DNA of 64,000 nucleotides from assembly GCA_045536955.1 (NCBI GenBank), contig JAZSOM010000037.1, positions 16,973 through 80,972 on the forward strand. The letters are read 5' to 3'. Both the position numbers and the translations under genes were made by a program. This document shows, in pieces, positions 28,791-38,328 of the stretch. This DNA comes from Acutalibacteraceae bacterium. GTDB lineage: Bacteria; Bacillota; Clostridia; Oscillospirales; Acutalibacteraceae. Position 1 is the stretch's first letter, and the number at the start of each line of letters is the position of its first letter. The notes beneath the pieces were generated by a model. It saw nothing but the letters and a program-made list of their open reading frames with translations. It was not told the origin of the DNA and did no database searches.

Positions 28791-28827
28791 AAAAAGCAGA
28801 GTTGACATAAAAATCAACTCTGCTTTT
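28791..28827. terminator. bidirectional intrinsic terminator
   Basis: Stem GCAGAGTTGA (28796-28805) / TCAACTCTGC (28814-28823), flanked by an A-run and a T-run. Confidence 0.85.
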
Positions 28828-28828
28828 A

Positions 28829-29599
28829 TCATTTAATATTAAACAGTTTGTATGCGTTTTCCCGGGCAATGTCGATAACTTCCTGTGCTGTAATTCCACG
28901 CAGCTCTGCGATTTTTTCGGATGTGTACTCAATCAGAGCGGAGTTGTTGCGTCTGCCTCTGAAAGGTACAGGGGTCATATACGGGCAGTCTGTTTCAAGT
29001 AAAAGTCGGTCGAGGTCAATGTTTGCTGCAACCTCGGCAGGCTTTTTGGCGTTTTTGAACGTAACACTGCCGCCAAGACCGATGTAAAAGCCAATATCAG
29101 TGAGCTGCTTTGCTGTTTCTACACTGCCTGAAAAGCAGTGCATAACGCCTCTCGGCTTGTGCTTTAACAGCATTTCAACGCAGTCCTGATGAGCCTCTCT
29201 GTCGTGCACGATTACGGGTAGATCAAGCTTTTTTGCAAGTAGAATCTGCTTTTCAAAGTACTCAATCTGCATCTCTTTGGGCGTGTAATCGTAGTGATAA
29301 TCGAGTCCGATTTCGCCGATTGCAACTACCTTTTTGTGATTTGCAAGCTGTTCAATTTTCTCAAGTGAATCTGCACTTTCTTCAGCCGCATTCTGCGGAT
29401 GAATACCAACCGCCGCATAAATCTGCGGATATTTTTCTGCAAATTCAATGCTTGTTTTACTGCTCTTTACCGTACAGCCGCAGTTTATTATTCCGCTCAC
29501 GTTTGATGCGAACATTTCGTCGAGCAACTCAAATCTGTCCTCGTCAAAACACTCGTCATCATAGTGTGCGTGAGTGTCAAATATTCCTGTGTACGTCAT
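28829..29599 (-). CDS. tatD: TatD family metal-dependent hydrolase
   Basis: DTHAHY N-terminal motif and TatD pattern throughout. Its start overlaps the metG stop (ATGA). Confidence 0.9.
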   Translation of the reverse strand: MTYTGIFDTHAHYDDECFDEDRFELLDEMFASNVSGIINCGCTVKSSKTSIEFAEKYPQIYAAVGIHPQNAAEESADSLEKIEQLANHKKVVAIGEIGLDYHYDYTPKEMQIEYFEKQILLAKKLDLPVIVHDREAHQDCVEMLLKHKPRGVMHCFSGSVETAKQLTDIGFYIGLGGSVTFKNAKKPAEVAANIDLDRLLLETDCPYMTPVPFRGRRNNSALIEYTSEKIAELRGITAQEVIDIARENAYKLFNIK

Positions 29600-31530
29600 C
29601 TGATTTTTGTACCCGGCTCAAGGTAATCAACAAATACTACCTTTACGTCGTCTTCGCCGCCTGCAAGAATCATACCTCTGCTCTCAACACCGCAGAGTGT
29701 TGCAGGCTTGAGGTTTGCAACAACGATTACGTTGTGACCTATAAGTTCTTCGGGCTTGTAGTAGAGTGCAATACCGCTTGCAACTGTGCGGGGTGTGCCT
29801 GTGCCGTCGTCAAGGGTAAGCTCAAGCAGCTTCTTTGCCTTCTTAACGGGCTTGCAGTCAACAACCTTTGCAACTCTCAGGTCAACCTTTGCAAAGTCGT
29901 CAATCGCAATCTGCGGCATCTCTTCGAATGCAGGCTTCTTCTCTTCTTCTTTTGCAGCCTTTGCAGCGTTTTCTGCTTCGATTTCTGCAAGCAGCTTTTC
30001 TGCGTCAATTCTGCCGAAGAGGGGAGCGGCCTCGCCCATAACTGTACCAGCAGGTGTTGCACCGAAAGCGTTGAGGCTCTCGTAGCTGTCAATATTACAG
30101 CCTATCTGTGCAAAAATCTTTTCAGCTGTTTCAGGCATATAGGGCTTGAGCTGTACAGCGATGAAGCGGATGCTTTCAATAAGGTTATACATTACCGTGC
30201 CGAGACGCTCTTTCTTCTCTTCATCCTTTGCAAGTGCCCAGGGCATAGTCTCGTCGATGTATTTATTGGAGCGTTTTGCTACGGCCATTACCTCGTTAAC
30301 AGCGTCTGCAATGCAGAAGCTGTCCATCTTTGCGGCGCATTTGCCGACGGATTCAAGTGCTGCTGTCTTGAGCTCATCGTCAAGTGCTTCGGGAGCTGTG
30401 GGAGCAGGAAGTACGCCGTCGAAATACTTCTTAACCATAGCAACACAGCGGTTTACAAGGTTGCCGAGTGTGTTTGCAAGGTCAGAGTTATAGCGCTCAA
30501 TAAGTGTTTCGTATGTCAGTGAGCCGTCCTGTGCGTGGGGCATTTCGGCAAGCAGATAGTATCTTACTGCGTCAACACCAAAACGGTCTGCAAGGTCGTC
30601 TGCATAAATAACGTTGCCTCTGGATTTTGACATCTTGTCAGCACCAACCATCAGCCACGGGTGACCGTAAACCTGCTTGGGAAGCGGCTCGCCAAGTGCC
30701 ATAAGCATAATCGGCCAATAAATTGTGTGGAAACGTACAATATCTTTACCTATGATGTGTACGTCAGCAGGCCAGTACTTCTTGTAAAGGTCACTGCTGC
30801 CGTCGGGGTCGTAACCAAGACCTGTGATGTAGTTTGAAAGTGCGTCAATCCAGACGTAGATAACGTGCTTATCGTCAAAAGTTACGGGGACACCCCACTT
30901 GAAAGTGGAACGTGAAACACAAAGGTCCTGAAGACCGGGCTTGATGAAGTTGTTGAGCATCTCCTTCTTTCTGCTTTCGGGGTAGATGAAATTGGGGTTC
31001 TGCTCGATATAGTCCTCAAGCTGCTTTTGATACTTCGAAAGGCGGAGGAAATATGTTTCTTCCTTTTCTTTGCGCACTTCTCTGCCGCAATCGGGGCACT
31101 TGCCGTCGACAAGCTGACTGTCCGTGAAAAAGCTCTCGCAAGGTACGCAGTACCAACCTTCGTATACACTCTTGTAAATATCATCCTGGTCGTACAGCTT
31201 ATTGAAAATCTTCTGTACGCACTTTTCGTGGTAATCGTCCGTTGTGCGGATAAACTTATCGTAGGTTGTATTGAGTCTGTCGCAGATGTCCTTGATTTCG
31301 CCTGCAACCTTGTCAACGTATTCCTTTGGTGAGATACCGGCTTCTTTAGCGTATTCCTCTATTTTCTGACCGTGCTCGTCCGTACCTGTCTGGAAGAATA
31401 CGTCATAGCCCTGCATTCGCTTGAAACGGGCAATGGCATCGGTTAAAACAATTTCATAGGAGTTACCGATGTGCGGTTTGCGTGATGTGTAGGCAATTGC
31501 CGTTGTGATATAATATGGCTTTTTTGACAT
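29596..31530 (-). CDS. metG: methionine--tRNA ligase
   Basis: HIGN (HIGH-type) motif, KMSKS, CPxC...CPDC zinc knuckle, C-terminal tRNA-binding (EMAPII-like) domain. AAGGAGG RBS. Confidence 0.95.
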   Translation of the reverse strand: MSKKPYYITTAIAYTSRKPHIGNSYEIVLTDAIARFKRMQGYDVFFQTGTDEHGQKIEEYAKEAGISPKEYVDKVAGEIKDICDRLNTTYDKFIRTTDDYHEKCVQKIFNKLYDQDDIYKSVYEGWYCVPCESFFTDSQLVDGKCPDCGREVRKEKEETYFLRLSKYQKQLEDYIEQNPNFIYPESRKKEMLNNFIKPGLQDLCVSRSTFKWGVPVTFDDKHVIYVWIDALSNYITGLGYDPDGSSDLYKKYWPADVHIIGKDIVRFHTIYWPIMLMALGEPLPKQVYGHPWLMVGADKMSKSRGNVIYADDLADRFGVDAVRYYLLAEMPHAQDGSLTYETLIERYNSDLANTLGNLVNRCVAMVKKYFDGVLPAPTAPEALDDELKTAALESVGKCAAKMDSFCIADAVNEVMAVAKRSNKYIDETMPWALAKDEEKKERLGTVMYNLIESIRFIAVQLKPYMPETAEKIFAQIGCNIDSYESLNAFGATPAGTVMGEAAPLFGRIDAEKLLAEIEAENAAKAAKEEEKKPAFEEMPQIAIDDFAKVDLRVAKVVDCKPVKKAKKLLELTLDDGTGTPRTVASGIALYYKPEELIGHNVIVVANLKPATLCGVESRGMILAGGEDDVKVVFVDYLEPGTKIR

Positions 31531-31635
31531 AATGTTTTACCTCCTTAAGCCGAATTGTAAACAATATCCATATAAGTATAACACATTTGAAAAAAAATAC
31601 AACACCTATAAATTCTTATTTCTGTCTTTAATTTA

Positions 31636-31664
31636 TTGACATATTGATTAATAAATATTATAAT
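31636..31664 (+). promoter_or_regulatory. consensus sigma-A promoter for the alkaline phosphatase gene
   Basis: TTGACA (31636-31641), exactly 17-nt spacer, TATAAT (31659-31664). Confidence 0.65.
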
Positions 31665-31700
31665 TTATTGGCAAAATTATTTCCAAACGGAGGTACAAAA

Positions 31701-32852
31701 ATGTTACAGTTTGCAAACTTAATCAAAGGCTCTTTCTTCGCGAAAATCATTGCCGCAATTATGGCTCCTCTTCTCACTCTTAACCTTGCGGCAAACACAT
31801 CAACAAATGCCGGCAAGACCGAGCTTGATCCCGGTGACTACAAGAACGTAATTCTTCTCATCGGTGACGGTATGGGCTTCTACCATATCGATTGGATGGA
31901 AGAAGAGTATGGCATTGACGAGGCATATATGTTCTCTATGACAAATTCTCACGGTAAATCACAGACACGCTCTTCGAGTGCTGCTGTTACCGATTCTGCT
32001 GCAGGCGGTACAGCTCTTGCTTGCGCAACACGTACCACAAACGGTGCAATCGGCGTGTTCCCGCAGGATCAGTTCGGCATTGCTTACGTTCCGATGAACC
32101 TCTGCGAGCTTGCTAAATCCTATGGCAAGATGGCAGGTGTTGTTACATCCGACTATAATTCGGGTGCAACTCCCGCTTCCTTCTCCGCTCACGTTCACGA
32201 TCGTGACGAGGATGTCGAAATCACAAGACAGCAGATTGAAGATTCCGAAATCGACCTTATCTGGGGTCAGGATAACGGTCTCGTTACAGACGAGTGGGCA
32301 GACGAATATGGCTGGACTCTTGTAAACAATAATGCTGAGTTTGATGCTCTCGAAGAAGGTGAGCGCTCATTCGGTGCATTTGCAGGTGAGCTTTGGAACA
32401 CAAACACAGGTGCTGACGTTCCCAATCTCTCTGCTCTTACGACAAAAGCTATTGATATGCTTGATGACGATGAGGACGGTTTCTTCCTTATGGTTGAAGG
32501 TGCTCATATCGACAAGCACTCACATGACAATAACGATGCAAATATGAAAATTGCAGCTAAGGAGTTTGACCTTGCTGTCAAGGCAGCTATTGATTTTGCA
32601 AAGGCTGACGGCGATACACTCGTTGTTATCACAGCAGACCATGAGACAGGTGCTATCAAGCCTGACGGTGACAGCTTCAAGTATACATCCGGCTCACACT
32701 CCGCAGCTGATGTTCCGCTCCTTGTCTACGGCAGCGATAATTTCGTAGTTACAGGCGAGGCTATAAAGAATAAAGAAGTTGCACGCCGTCTTGCTATGGC
32801 TATGGGTGCAGCTCCCGAGGCATTCCCCGCAGCAGTTAAAGTTATATCATAA
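31701..32852 (+). CDS. secreted alkaline phosphatase
   Basis: Signal peptide, DGMG, active-site TDSAAGGTA, GAHIDKHSH, ADHETG. The ATG at 31701 follows GGAGGT. Confidence 0.85.
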   Translation: MLQFANLIKGSFFAKIIAAIMAPLLTLNLAANTSTNAGKTELDPGDYKNVILLIGDGMGFYHIDWMEEEYGIDEAYMFSMTNSHGKSQTRSSSAAVTDSAAGGTALACATRTTNGAIGVFPQDQFGIAYVPMNLCELAKSYGKMAGVVTSDYNSGATPASFSAHVHDRDEDVEITRQQIEDSEIDLIWGQDNGLVTDEWADEYGWTLVNNNAEFDALEEGERSFGAFAGELWNTNTGADVPNLSALTTKAIDMLDDDEDGFFLMVEGAHIDKHSHDNNDANMKIAAKEFDLAVKAAIDFAKADGDTLVVITADHETGAIKPDGDSFKYTSGSHSAADVPLLVYGSDNFVVTGEAIKNKEVARRLAMAMGAAPEAFPAAVKVIS

Positions 32853-32878
32853 AATTACGGTAAGGTTGGATTTTAAAA

Positions 32879-33919
32879 TTGATAGAGATTATCAAGGCCG
32901 ATGCGGCCAAAGAATTTGATGCATTTGTTGCAAGCCATCCCAAGGGACACTTCATGCAGCAGAGTGCATGGGCACAGGTAAAGAACAATTGGATTTGGCG
33001 CGGTATTATCTGCCGTGACGAGCAGAATAATATCAATGGTGTAATGGCGGTTATTATTCGCCGTTTGCCCGGTGGCGTTCCTTTCAGTATGCTTTATGCT
33101 CCGAGAGGTCCTGTATGTGACCTTCACGATAAGGCTGTGTTTACAGAGCTTATGAACGGTGCAAAGCAGCTCGCCAAGGAATTTGGCGGCTATGTGCTTC
33201 AAGTCGATACAGACACAAAAATTGATGATACCGAGTACGAAAAAATTGCTCTTGATTACGGCTTCAAAGCCGGCCCCCGTTCTAAAAATTTCGAGGGTAT
33301 TCAGCCCCGTTTCGTAATCCGTCTCGACGTTGAGGGTAAGACTGAGGATGAGGTTTTTGCTTCGTTTCACTCACGTCATCGTTACAAGGTGCGTGTTGCC
33401 AAGAAAAACAATGTCGAGGTTGTAATAAAGGGCTCAGAAGCGGCGGAAGAATTTCACAAAATTATGGTCGAGACAGGTGAGCGAGACAATTTCTCAATCC
33501 GTCCGGCAGACTATTTCAGACGTATGGTTGATGCATACGGTGATAATGCCAGAATCTATATGGCATACAGCGAAGGTAAGGCAATTGCAGGCACACTTGC
33601 AATTCTTTGCGGTGATAAAGTATGGTATCTTTACGGCGCATCATCGAATGAAGAGCGCAACAAGATGCCTAACTATCTCCTTCAGTGGGAAATGATCAGA
33701 TGGTCTGTCGAAAACGGTTGCCGCCTTTACGATTTCCGCGGTATTTCGGGTGACCTCGATGAGAATAATCCTCTTTACGGTCTCTATCGCTTCAAGAAGG
33801 GATTCTGTCCCGAAATCACTGAATTTATCGGTGATTTCTACTATGTCTACAAGCCTTTTATATACAACGGTGTGGAGTTTGCTCAGAAACTTCGCAAAAA
33901 GCTGAGAAAGGGACATTAA
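32879..33919 (+). CDS. FemAB-family peptidoglycan interpeptide-bridge aminoacyltransferase
   Basis: 346 aa. FemAB pattern (FMQQSAWAQVK, MLYAPRGPV, YLYGASS, YDFRGI). Confidence 0.8.
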   Translation: MIEIIKADAAKEFDAFVASHPKGHFMQQSAWAQVKNNWIWRGIICRDEQNNINGVMAVIIRRLPGGVPFSMLYAPRGPVCDLHDKAVFTELMNGAKQLAKEFGGYVLQVDTDTKIDDTEYEKIALDYGFKAGPRSKNFEGIQPRFVIRLDVEGKTEDEVFASFHSRHRYKVRVAKKNNVEVVIKGSEAAEEFHKIMVETGERDNFSIRPADYFRRMVDAYGDNARIYMAYSEGKAIAGTLAILCGDKVWYLYGASSNEERNKMPNYLLQWEMIRWSVENGCRLYDFRGISGDLDENNPLYGLYRFKKGFCPEITEFIGDFYYVYKPFIYNGVEFAQKLRKKLRKGH

Positions 33920-33925
33920 ACTCCT

Positions 33926-35011
33926 ATGAGATATGTTGTTCAAAAGGAATATATCGCATCAAACCTTAATAAAATGCGTGCTCATTGTCCGACAGCTGAG
34001 GTTATCGGTGTAATCAAAGGTAACGGCTACGGTCTCGGTCTTCTTGATATGGCTGAGCTGCTCTGTGAAAACGGTATCGGAACGCTTGCTGTTTCAAGGC
34101 TTGATGAGGCGCTTTCGCTCCGTGAAAACGGCATCGATACGACAATATTGCTCATGAGCCCGCCATTTGATGATTCTTCGGCACGCCTTTGCGTTGACAA
34201 TGTCATAACCGCGACGGTTGACTCTCTTGCAACGGCGCGCCTTCTCGACAAGGCGGCACAGGGCAGGAAAACACCTGCACACATTATGCTTGATACAGGG
34301 TTTGCTCGTTTTGGCTTTATGCCCGGCGAGGAGGATGCTATTGTCACCGCTGTGCGTGAATGTGAGAATATAAGCTTTGAGGGCATATATTCACATTTCT
34401 ATAACGCTTTTTCTGCCGATTCTTCTTCTGTTAAGCTTCAGGTTTCGCGTTTTAACAGCACAGTTGAAACGATTGAAAAAGCAGGTGTTACGGGCCTTAA
34501 GAAGCATATCTGCTCATCGGCAGGTGCGGTTAAATATCCCGAGTATCATTTCGATGCGGTGCGTCTTGGTTCCGCTCTTCTTGGCAGGGTTGTTTCTGCA
34601 TCTTCTGTCGGTCTTGAAAAGGTCGGCTTTATGGAGTGTGAGATTATATCTGTAAAAACATTGCCGTCAGGTCATTTTGTCGGATACGGCGAGGCATACA
34701 AAACTTCAAAAGAAACGAAGGCCGCCGTTGTACCGCTTGGCACATGCGACGGCTACGGACTGAGTAAAACCGAAATTGCTTTTACAAAGGGTGATAAAGT
34801 TAATTCACTGCTTCGTAAAGTAAAGCGTTTCGGTGCTGACGAAACACTCAGCTGCGTTGTATGCGGTAAAAAAGCTCAGGTTATCGGCAAGGTTGGTCTT
34901 ACCGATCTGATAATTGATGTAACAGGCATTGATTGCGGCATCGGTGATGTTGCTGCGTTCGAGTTTAATCCCACACTTGTGGATGCACTCGTCAAAAAAG
35001 ATTTTGTTTGA
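33926..35011 (+). CDS. alanine racemase family PLP enzyme
   Basis: PLP-lysine motif VIKGNGYGLG. C-terminal domain motifs VGYGEAY and VPLGTCDGYG. Confidence 0.75.
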   Translation: MRYVVQKEYIASNLNKMRAHCPTAEVIGVIKGNGYGLGLLDMAELLCENGIGTLAVSRLDEALSLRENGIDTTILLMSPPFDDSSARLCVDNVITATVDSLATARLLDKAAQGRKTPAHIMLDTGFARFGFMPGEEDAIVTAVRECENISFEGIYSHFYNAFSADSSSVKLQVSRFNSTVETIEKAGVTGLKKHICSSAGAVKYPEYHFDAVRLGSALLGRVVSASSVGLEKVGFMECEIISVKTLPSGHFVGYGEAYKTSKETKAAVVPLGTCDGYGLSKTEIAFTKGDKVNSLLRKVKRFGADETLSCVVCGKKAQVIGKVGLTDLIIDVTGIDCGIGDVAAFEFNPTLVDALVKKDFV

Positions 35012-35022
35012 AAGGATAAGCT

Positions 35023-36429
35023 ATGGCAATAGATTATCTCGATAAAGCCGTTGCGGTTGTACCTTCGGAGCGCCAGATTGCCTATATGGACACCGAATAC
35101 AACGGTATTATAAATTTTGGTATGAATACCTTTACCGGGCGTAAAGAAGGAACAGGCTTTGAGGAGCCTGACGTTTTCAATCCAACAGCTTTTGACGCTG
35201 AACAATGGGTTAAAATTTTTAAGCGTTCAGGTATGAGCGGACTTATTCTCAACTGTAAACACCACGAAGGCTTTTGCCTCTGGCCGACTGAATACACGTC
35301 TTATTCCGTTAAGTCGAGCAGTTGGCGCGATGGTGAGGGCGATGTTGTCCGCGAAGTGAGTGATGCCTGCCGCAAATATGGTATTAAATTCGGAATTTCG
35401 CTTTCTCCGCTCGATTATCATGAGCCGACATTCGGTACGGGTAAACCGTACGATATTTTCTTTAAGAATCTTCTTCGTGAATTGCTTACGAACTACGGTG
35501 AAATATTCTGCGTCAGCCTTGATGGTGCAACTGACAATCGCAAAGATGCTAAAAATCAAATCTACGATTGGGAAGGCTATTTCAGGCTTATACGAGAGCT
35601 TCAGCCTTCTGCTGCGATAACAAACTGTGGTCCCGATTTTCGTTGGTGCGGTAATAATTCCGGCGTTTGCCGCGTAAGCGAATGGAGTGTTGTACCTTCA
35701 TACTATAAGGCTTTTGATATCGATTCCGATAAAAAGCTTTCGGTATCCGGCGGTAAGGTTAATTTTACGCAGACGGATATAGCAAGCCGTCGAAAAATCA
35801 AGCGCTGTGATTCTTTCACTTGGTATCCGGCAGAGGTTTCTTTTCCTCTGCGTGACAGTTGGTTTTATGTCAACGGTGAGGTTCTGTCTATTAAGCCGTT
35901 ATCCAAGCTTGAGAAAATTTACACGGGCTCAGTCGGCGGCAATGCCACAATGCTTGTCGGTGTTGCACCTCAGCCTGACGGACTTATCGGCGAAAAGGAT
36001 GTTGAGACACTTATCACTTTCGGTGCTGTGCTTTCACTTCATTTTGAAGACAATCTTGCACTTGAATCCGCGATAGAGGGAAACCGTCAATCTGATGATC
36101 TTCATTCTCCTTCTTGCGCTCTGCCGGATAAAACGGGTTTCTGGCATTCCGGTGATAATCCCGAGGGTGCAGAGCTTATTCTCGATATGGGTGATGAATA
36201 TGATGTTGACCGTGTTGTGCTGCGCGAAAACATACGCACCGGTCAGCAGATTGAGAAGTTTGTCTTATATGTCGAGAAGGACGGTAAGTGGAAAAAGATG
36301 GAAACGGGTACTGTTATAGGTCGCAAACGCATTATTGATTTTGGCATCCACGTTCGCACAAGACGTATCAGGCTCGTTATACTCAAAGCAAGAAAATTTG
36401 CTACAATACAAGAGTTTTCAGCATATTAA
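35023..36429 (+). CDS. GH29 alpha-L-fucosidase with a C-terminal F5/8 type C (discoidin)-like domain, no signal peptide
   Basis: The KHHEGFCLWPT motif and surrounding GH29 pattern. C-terminal ~130 aa beta-sandwich-like region. Confidence 0.8.
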   Translation: MAIDYLDKAVAVVPSERQIAYMDTEYNGIINFGMNTFTGRKEGTGFEEPDVFNPTAFDAEQWVKIFKRSGMSGLILNCKHHEGFCLWPTEYTSYSVKSSSWRDGEGDVVREVSDACRKYGIKFGISLSPLDYHEPTFGTGKPYDIFFKNLLRELLTNYGEIFCVSLDGATDNRKDAKNQIYDWEGYFRLIRELQPSAAITNCGPDFRWCGNNSGVCRVSEWSVVPSYYKAFDIDSDKKLSVSGGKVNFTQTDIASRRKIKRCDSFTWYPAEVSFPLRDSWFYVNGEVLSIKPLSKLEKIYTGSVGGNATMLVGVAPQPDGLIGEKDVETLITFGAVLSLHFEDNLALESAIEGNRQSDDLHSPSCALPDKTGFWHSGDNPEGAELILDMGDEYDVDRVVLRENIRTGQQIEKFVLYVEKDGKWKKMETGTVIGRKRIIDFGIHVRTRRIRLVILKARKFATIQEFSAY

Positions 36430-36432
36430 GAA

Positions 36433-36470
36433 AGAGGTAACACGATTTCCAATCGTGTTACCTCTTTTTT
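36433..36470. terminator. intrinsic terminator between convergent genes
   Basis: 15-bp stem AGAGGTAACACGATT / AATCGTGTTACCTCT followed by a T-run. Confidence 0.9.
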
Positions 36471-36471
36471 G

Positions 36472-38328
36472 TTATTCACTTACTTTTTCAAACTGGCTGT
36501 TATAAAGGTTGGCGTAGAATCCGTTGAGAGCCATAAGCTCGTCGTGATTTCCTTGTTCAACAATATCGCCGTTGTTCATACATAGTATCAGGTCTGCGTT
36601 GCGTATTGTTGAAAGACGGTGAGCAATAATGAAGCTTGTTCTGCCTTTCATAAGGTTGTCCATTGCACGCTGAATCAGTATCTCGGTGCGTGTGTCAACC
36701 GAGCTTGTTGCTTCGTCGAGGATTAGGATTTTCGGGTCGGCAAGAATTGCTCTTGCAATGGTCAGAAGCTGTTTCTGACCCTGTGAGATATTCGTTACCT
36801 CTTCGTTGAGTTCCATGCGGTATCCGTCGGGCAGGGTGCGTACAAAATGGTCAACCTGAGCCAGTTTTGCGGCTTTTATGACCTCTTCGTCGGTGGCATC
36901 AAGCTTGCCGTAGCGGATGTTGTCCATAATGCTGCCGCAGTACAGCCACGTGTCCTGAAGCACCATACCGAATTCGCTTCTCAGGTCGTGCCTATCGAAA
37001 TCGGTGAGGTTATATCCGTCAACGTATATTGCACCGTCAGTCAGCTCGTGGAATCGCATAAGCAGCTTTACCATTGTGGTTTTACCTGCTCCCGTCGGAC
37101 CCACAATTGCAATTTTTTGTCCGCTCTTAACCTTTGCCGAGAAGTCAGTTATAACTATTTTGTCGGTATCTTCATATCCGAATTTTACGTGGTCAAAGGT
37201 TATATCGCCGTGTATTTCAACGTCTGAAATCTTGAGCGTTGCCTTGGAGTCATCCTCTTCAGGCTCTTCAAGAAATTCAAATACACGCTCTGCGGCAGCT
37301 GCCATTCTCTGAAGCTGAGCAGAGATGTTCGCAAGTTGATTGATAGGCTGATTAAAGTTTCTGACATACTGAAGCATAGCCTGAATTCCGCCTATGTCAA
37401 GCTGGTTTTTTGAAGCAAGTATCGCGCCCACAACGCAAACCATAACGTATCCGAGGTTACCTACAAAGCCCATAAGCGGCATCATAAGACCTGAGAGGAA
37501 TTCCGCTTTTCTTGCGTTTTCCGCAAGCTGGTCGTTGAGCTCGTCGAATTCTTTAAGCGAGCGTTCTTCGCCGTTGAAAGCTTTTACCACAAGGTGTGCG
37601 CCGTACATTTCTTCTATGTGTCCGTTTACCGCACCGAGGAAACCCTGTTGTTTACGGAAATGCGGCTGGGAGAGCTTGACGATGTTGCGTACAACTATCA
37701 GCGATACGGGCACGGTCAGTACTATTATAAGAGTCAACAGGGGACTGGTAAGAAGCATCATCACCAGTATACCTATGAGTGAGGTGACGGAGGTTGCCAC
37801 TTGTGTGATGCTTTGTGTCAATGCCTGCTCGAGTGTGTCAACGTCGTTTGTTATTCTCGAAAGCACGTCGCCCTGACTCTGTTTGTGGAAGAAACTGAGG
37901 GGAATTTTGTTGATTTTTTTCATTATGTCGTTACGCAGGTTGAAAGAAAGTCTTGTTGTAACACCTGCCATAATGAATGACTGAAGGTAGCTGAATGCCG
38001 CACTTACCGCATACACTGCAACAAGTATAGTCAGTATCTGTGCAATGCTTGCAATGTTAATCGTACCGGTTGAGTTTATCATTCTGCGCACACCTGCCGC
38101 AACCTCGTTTGTTGCGTTTGCAAGTATTCTCGGACCTATTACATTGAACAGAGATCCGCCGGCAGCGAATATTATTACGGCAATAAAGCGAAGCTTGAAC
38201 GGCGCGATAAGCTTGAGCAGCTTCCTTACCGTGCCTTTAAAATCCTTCGGCTTTTCATGAGGTTTGGCAGGACCGCCGTGCTTCGGAGGCTTGCGGAACG
38301 AGTGCAGCTTCTTATCTTTGTCTTTCAT
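36472..38328 (-). CDS. ABC exporter, fused permease/ATPase (heterodimer subunit B)
   Basis: 6-TM domain plus NBD: Walker A GPTGAGKTT, signature ISQGQKQ, Walker B ILILDEATS. Confidence 0.9.
   Translation of the reverse strand: MKDKDKKLHSFRKPPKHGGPAKPHEKPKDFKGTVRKLLKLIAPFKLRFIAVIIFAAGGSLFNVIGPRILANATNEVAAGVRRMINSTGTINIASIAQILTILVAVYAVSAAFSYLQSFIMAGVTTRLSFNLRNDIMKKINKIPLSFFHKQSQGDVLSRITNDVDTLEQALTQSITQVATSVTSLIGILVMMLLTSPLLTLIIVLTVPVSLIVVRNIVKLSQPHFRKQQGFLGAVNGHIEEMYGAHLVVKAFNGEERSLKEFDELNDQLAENARKAEFLSGLMMPLMGFVGNLGYVMVCVVGAILASKNQLDIGGIQAMLQYVRNFNQPINQLANISAQLQRMAAAAERVFEFLEEPEEDDSKATLKISDVEIHGDITFDHVKFGYEDTDKIVITDFSAKVKSGQKIAIVGPTGAGKTTMVKLLMRFHELTDGAIYVDGYNLTDFDRHDLRSEFGMVLQDTWLYCGSIMDNIRYGKLDATDEEVIKAAKLAQVDHFVRTLPDGYRMELNEEVTNISQGQKQLLTIARAILADPKILILDEATSSVDTRTEILIQRAMDNLMKGRTSFIIAHRLSTIRNADLILCMNNGDIVEQGNHDELMALNGFYANLYNSQFEKVSE

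Noticed and set aside
28751-28795. An AGAGG-CGAC-CCTCT hairpin followed by an A-rich tract (AATAAAAACCAAAAAG), superficially like a preQ1-I riboswitch.
   Set aside because: The loop is only 4 nt, against the ~11-13 nt required. The A-rich tail is separated from P1 by 14 nt. The element lies between two convergent gene ends with nothing downstream to regulate.
29233-30522. 429-aa ORF on the + strand across tatD/metG, the longest unexplained ORF in the track.
   Set aside because: It is antisense to two well-supported genes. The metG part is in exact codon register with the sense gene, so it is a stop-free shadow frame. The product is Cys/Phe/Leu-rich and low-complexity, with no RBS and no recognisable motif.
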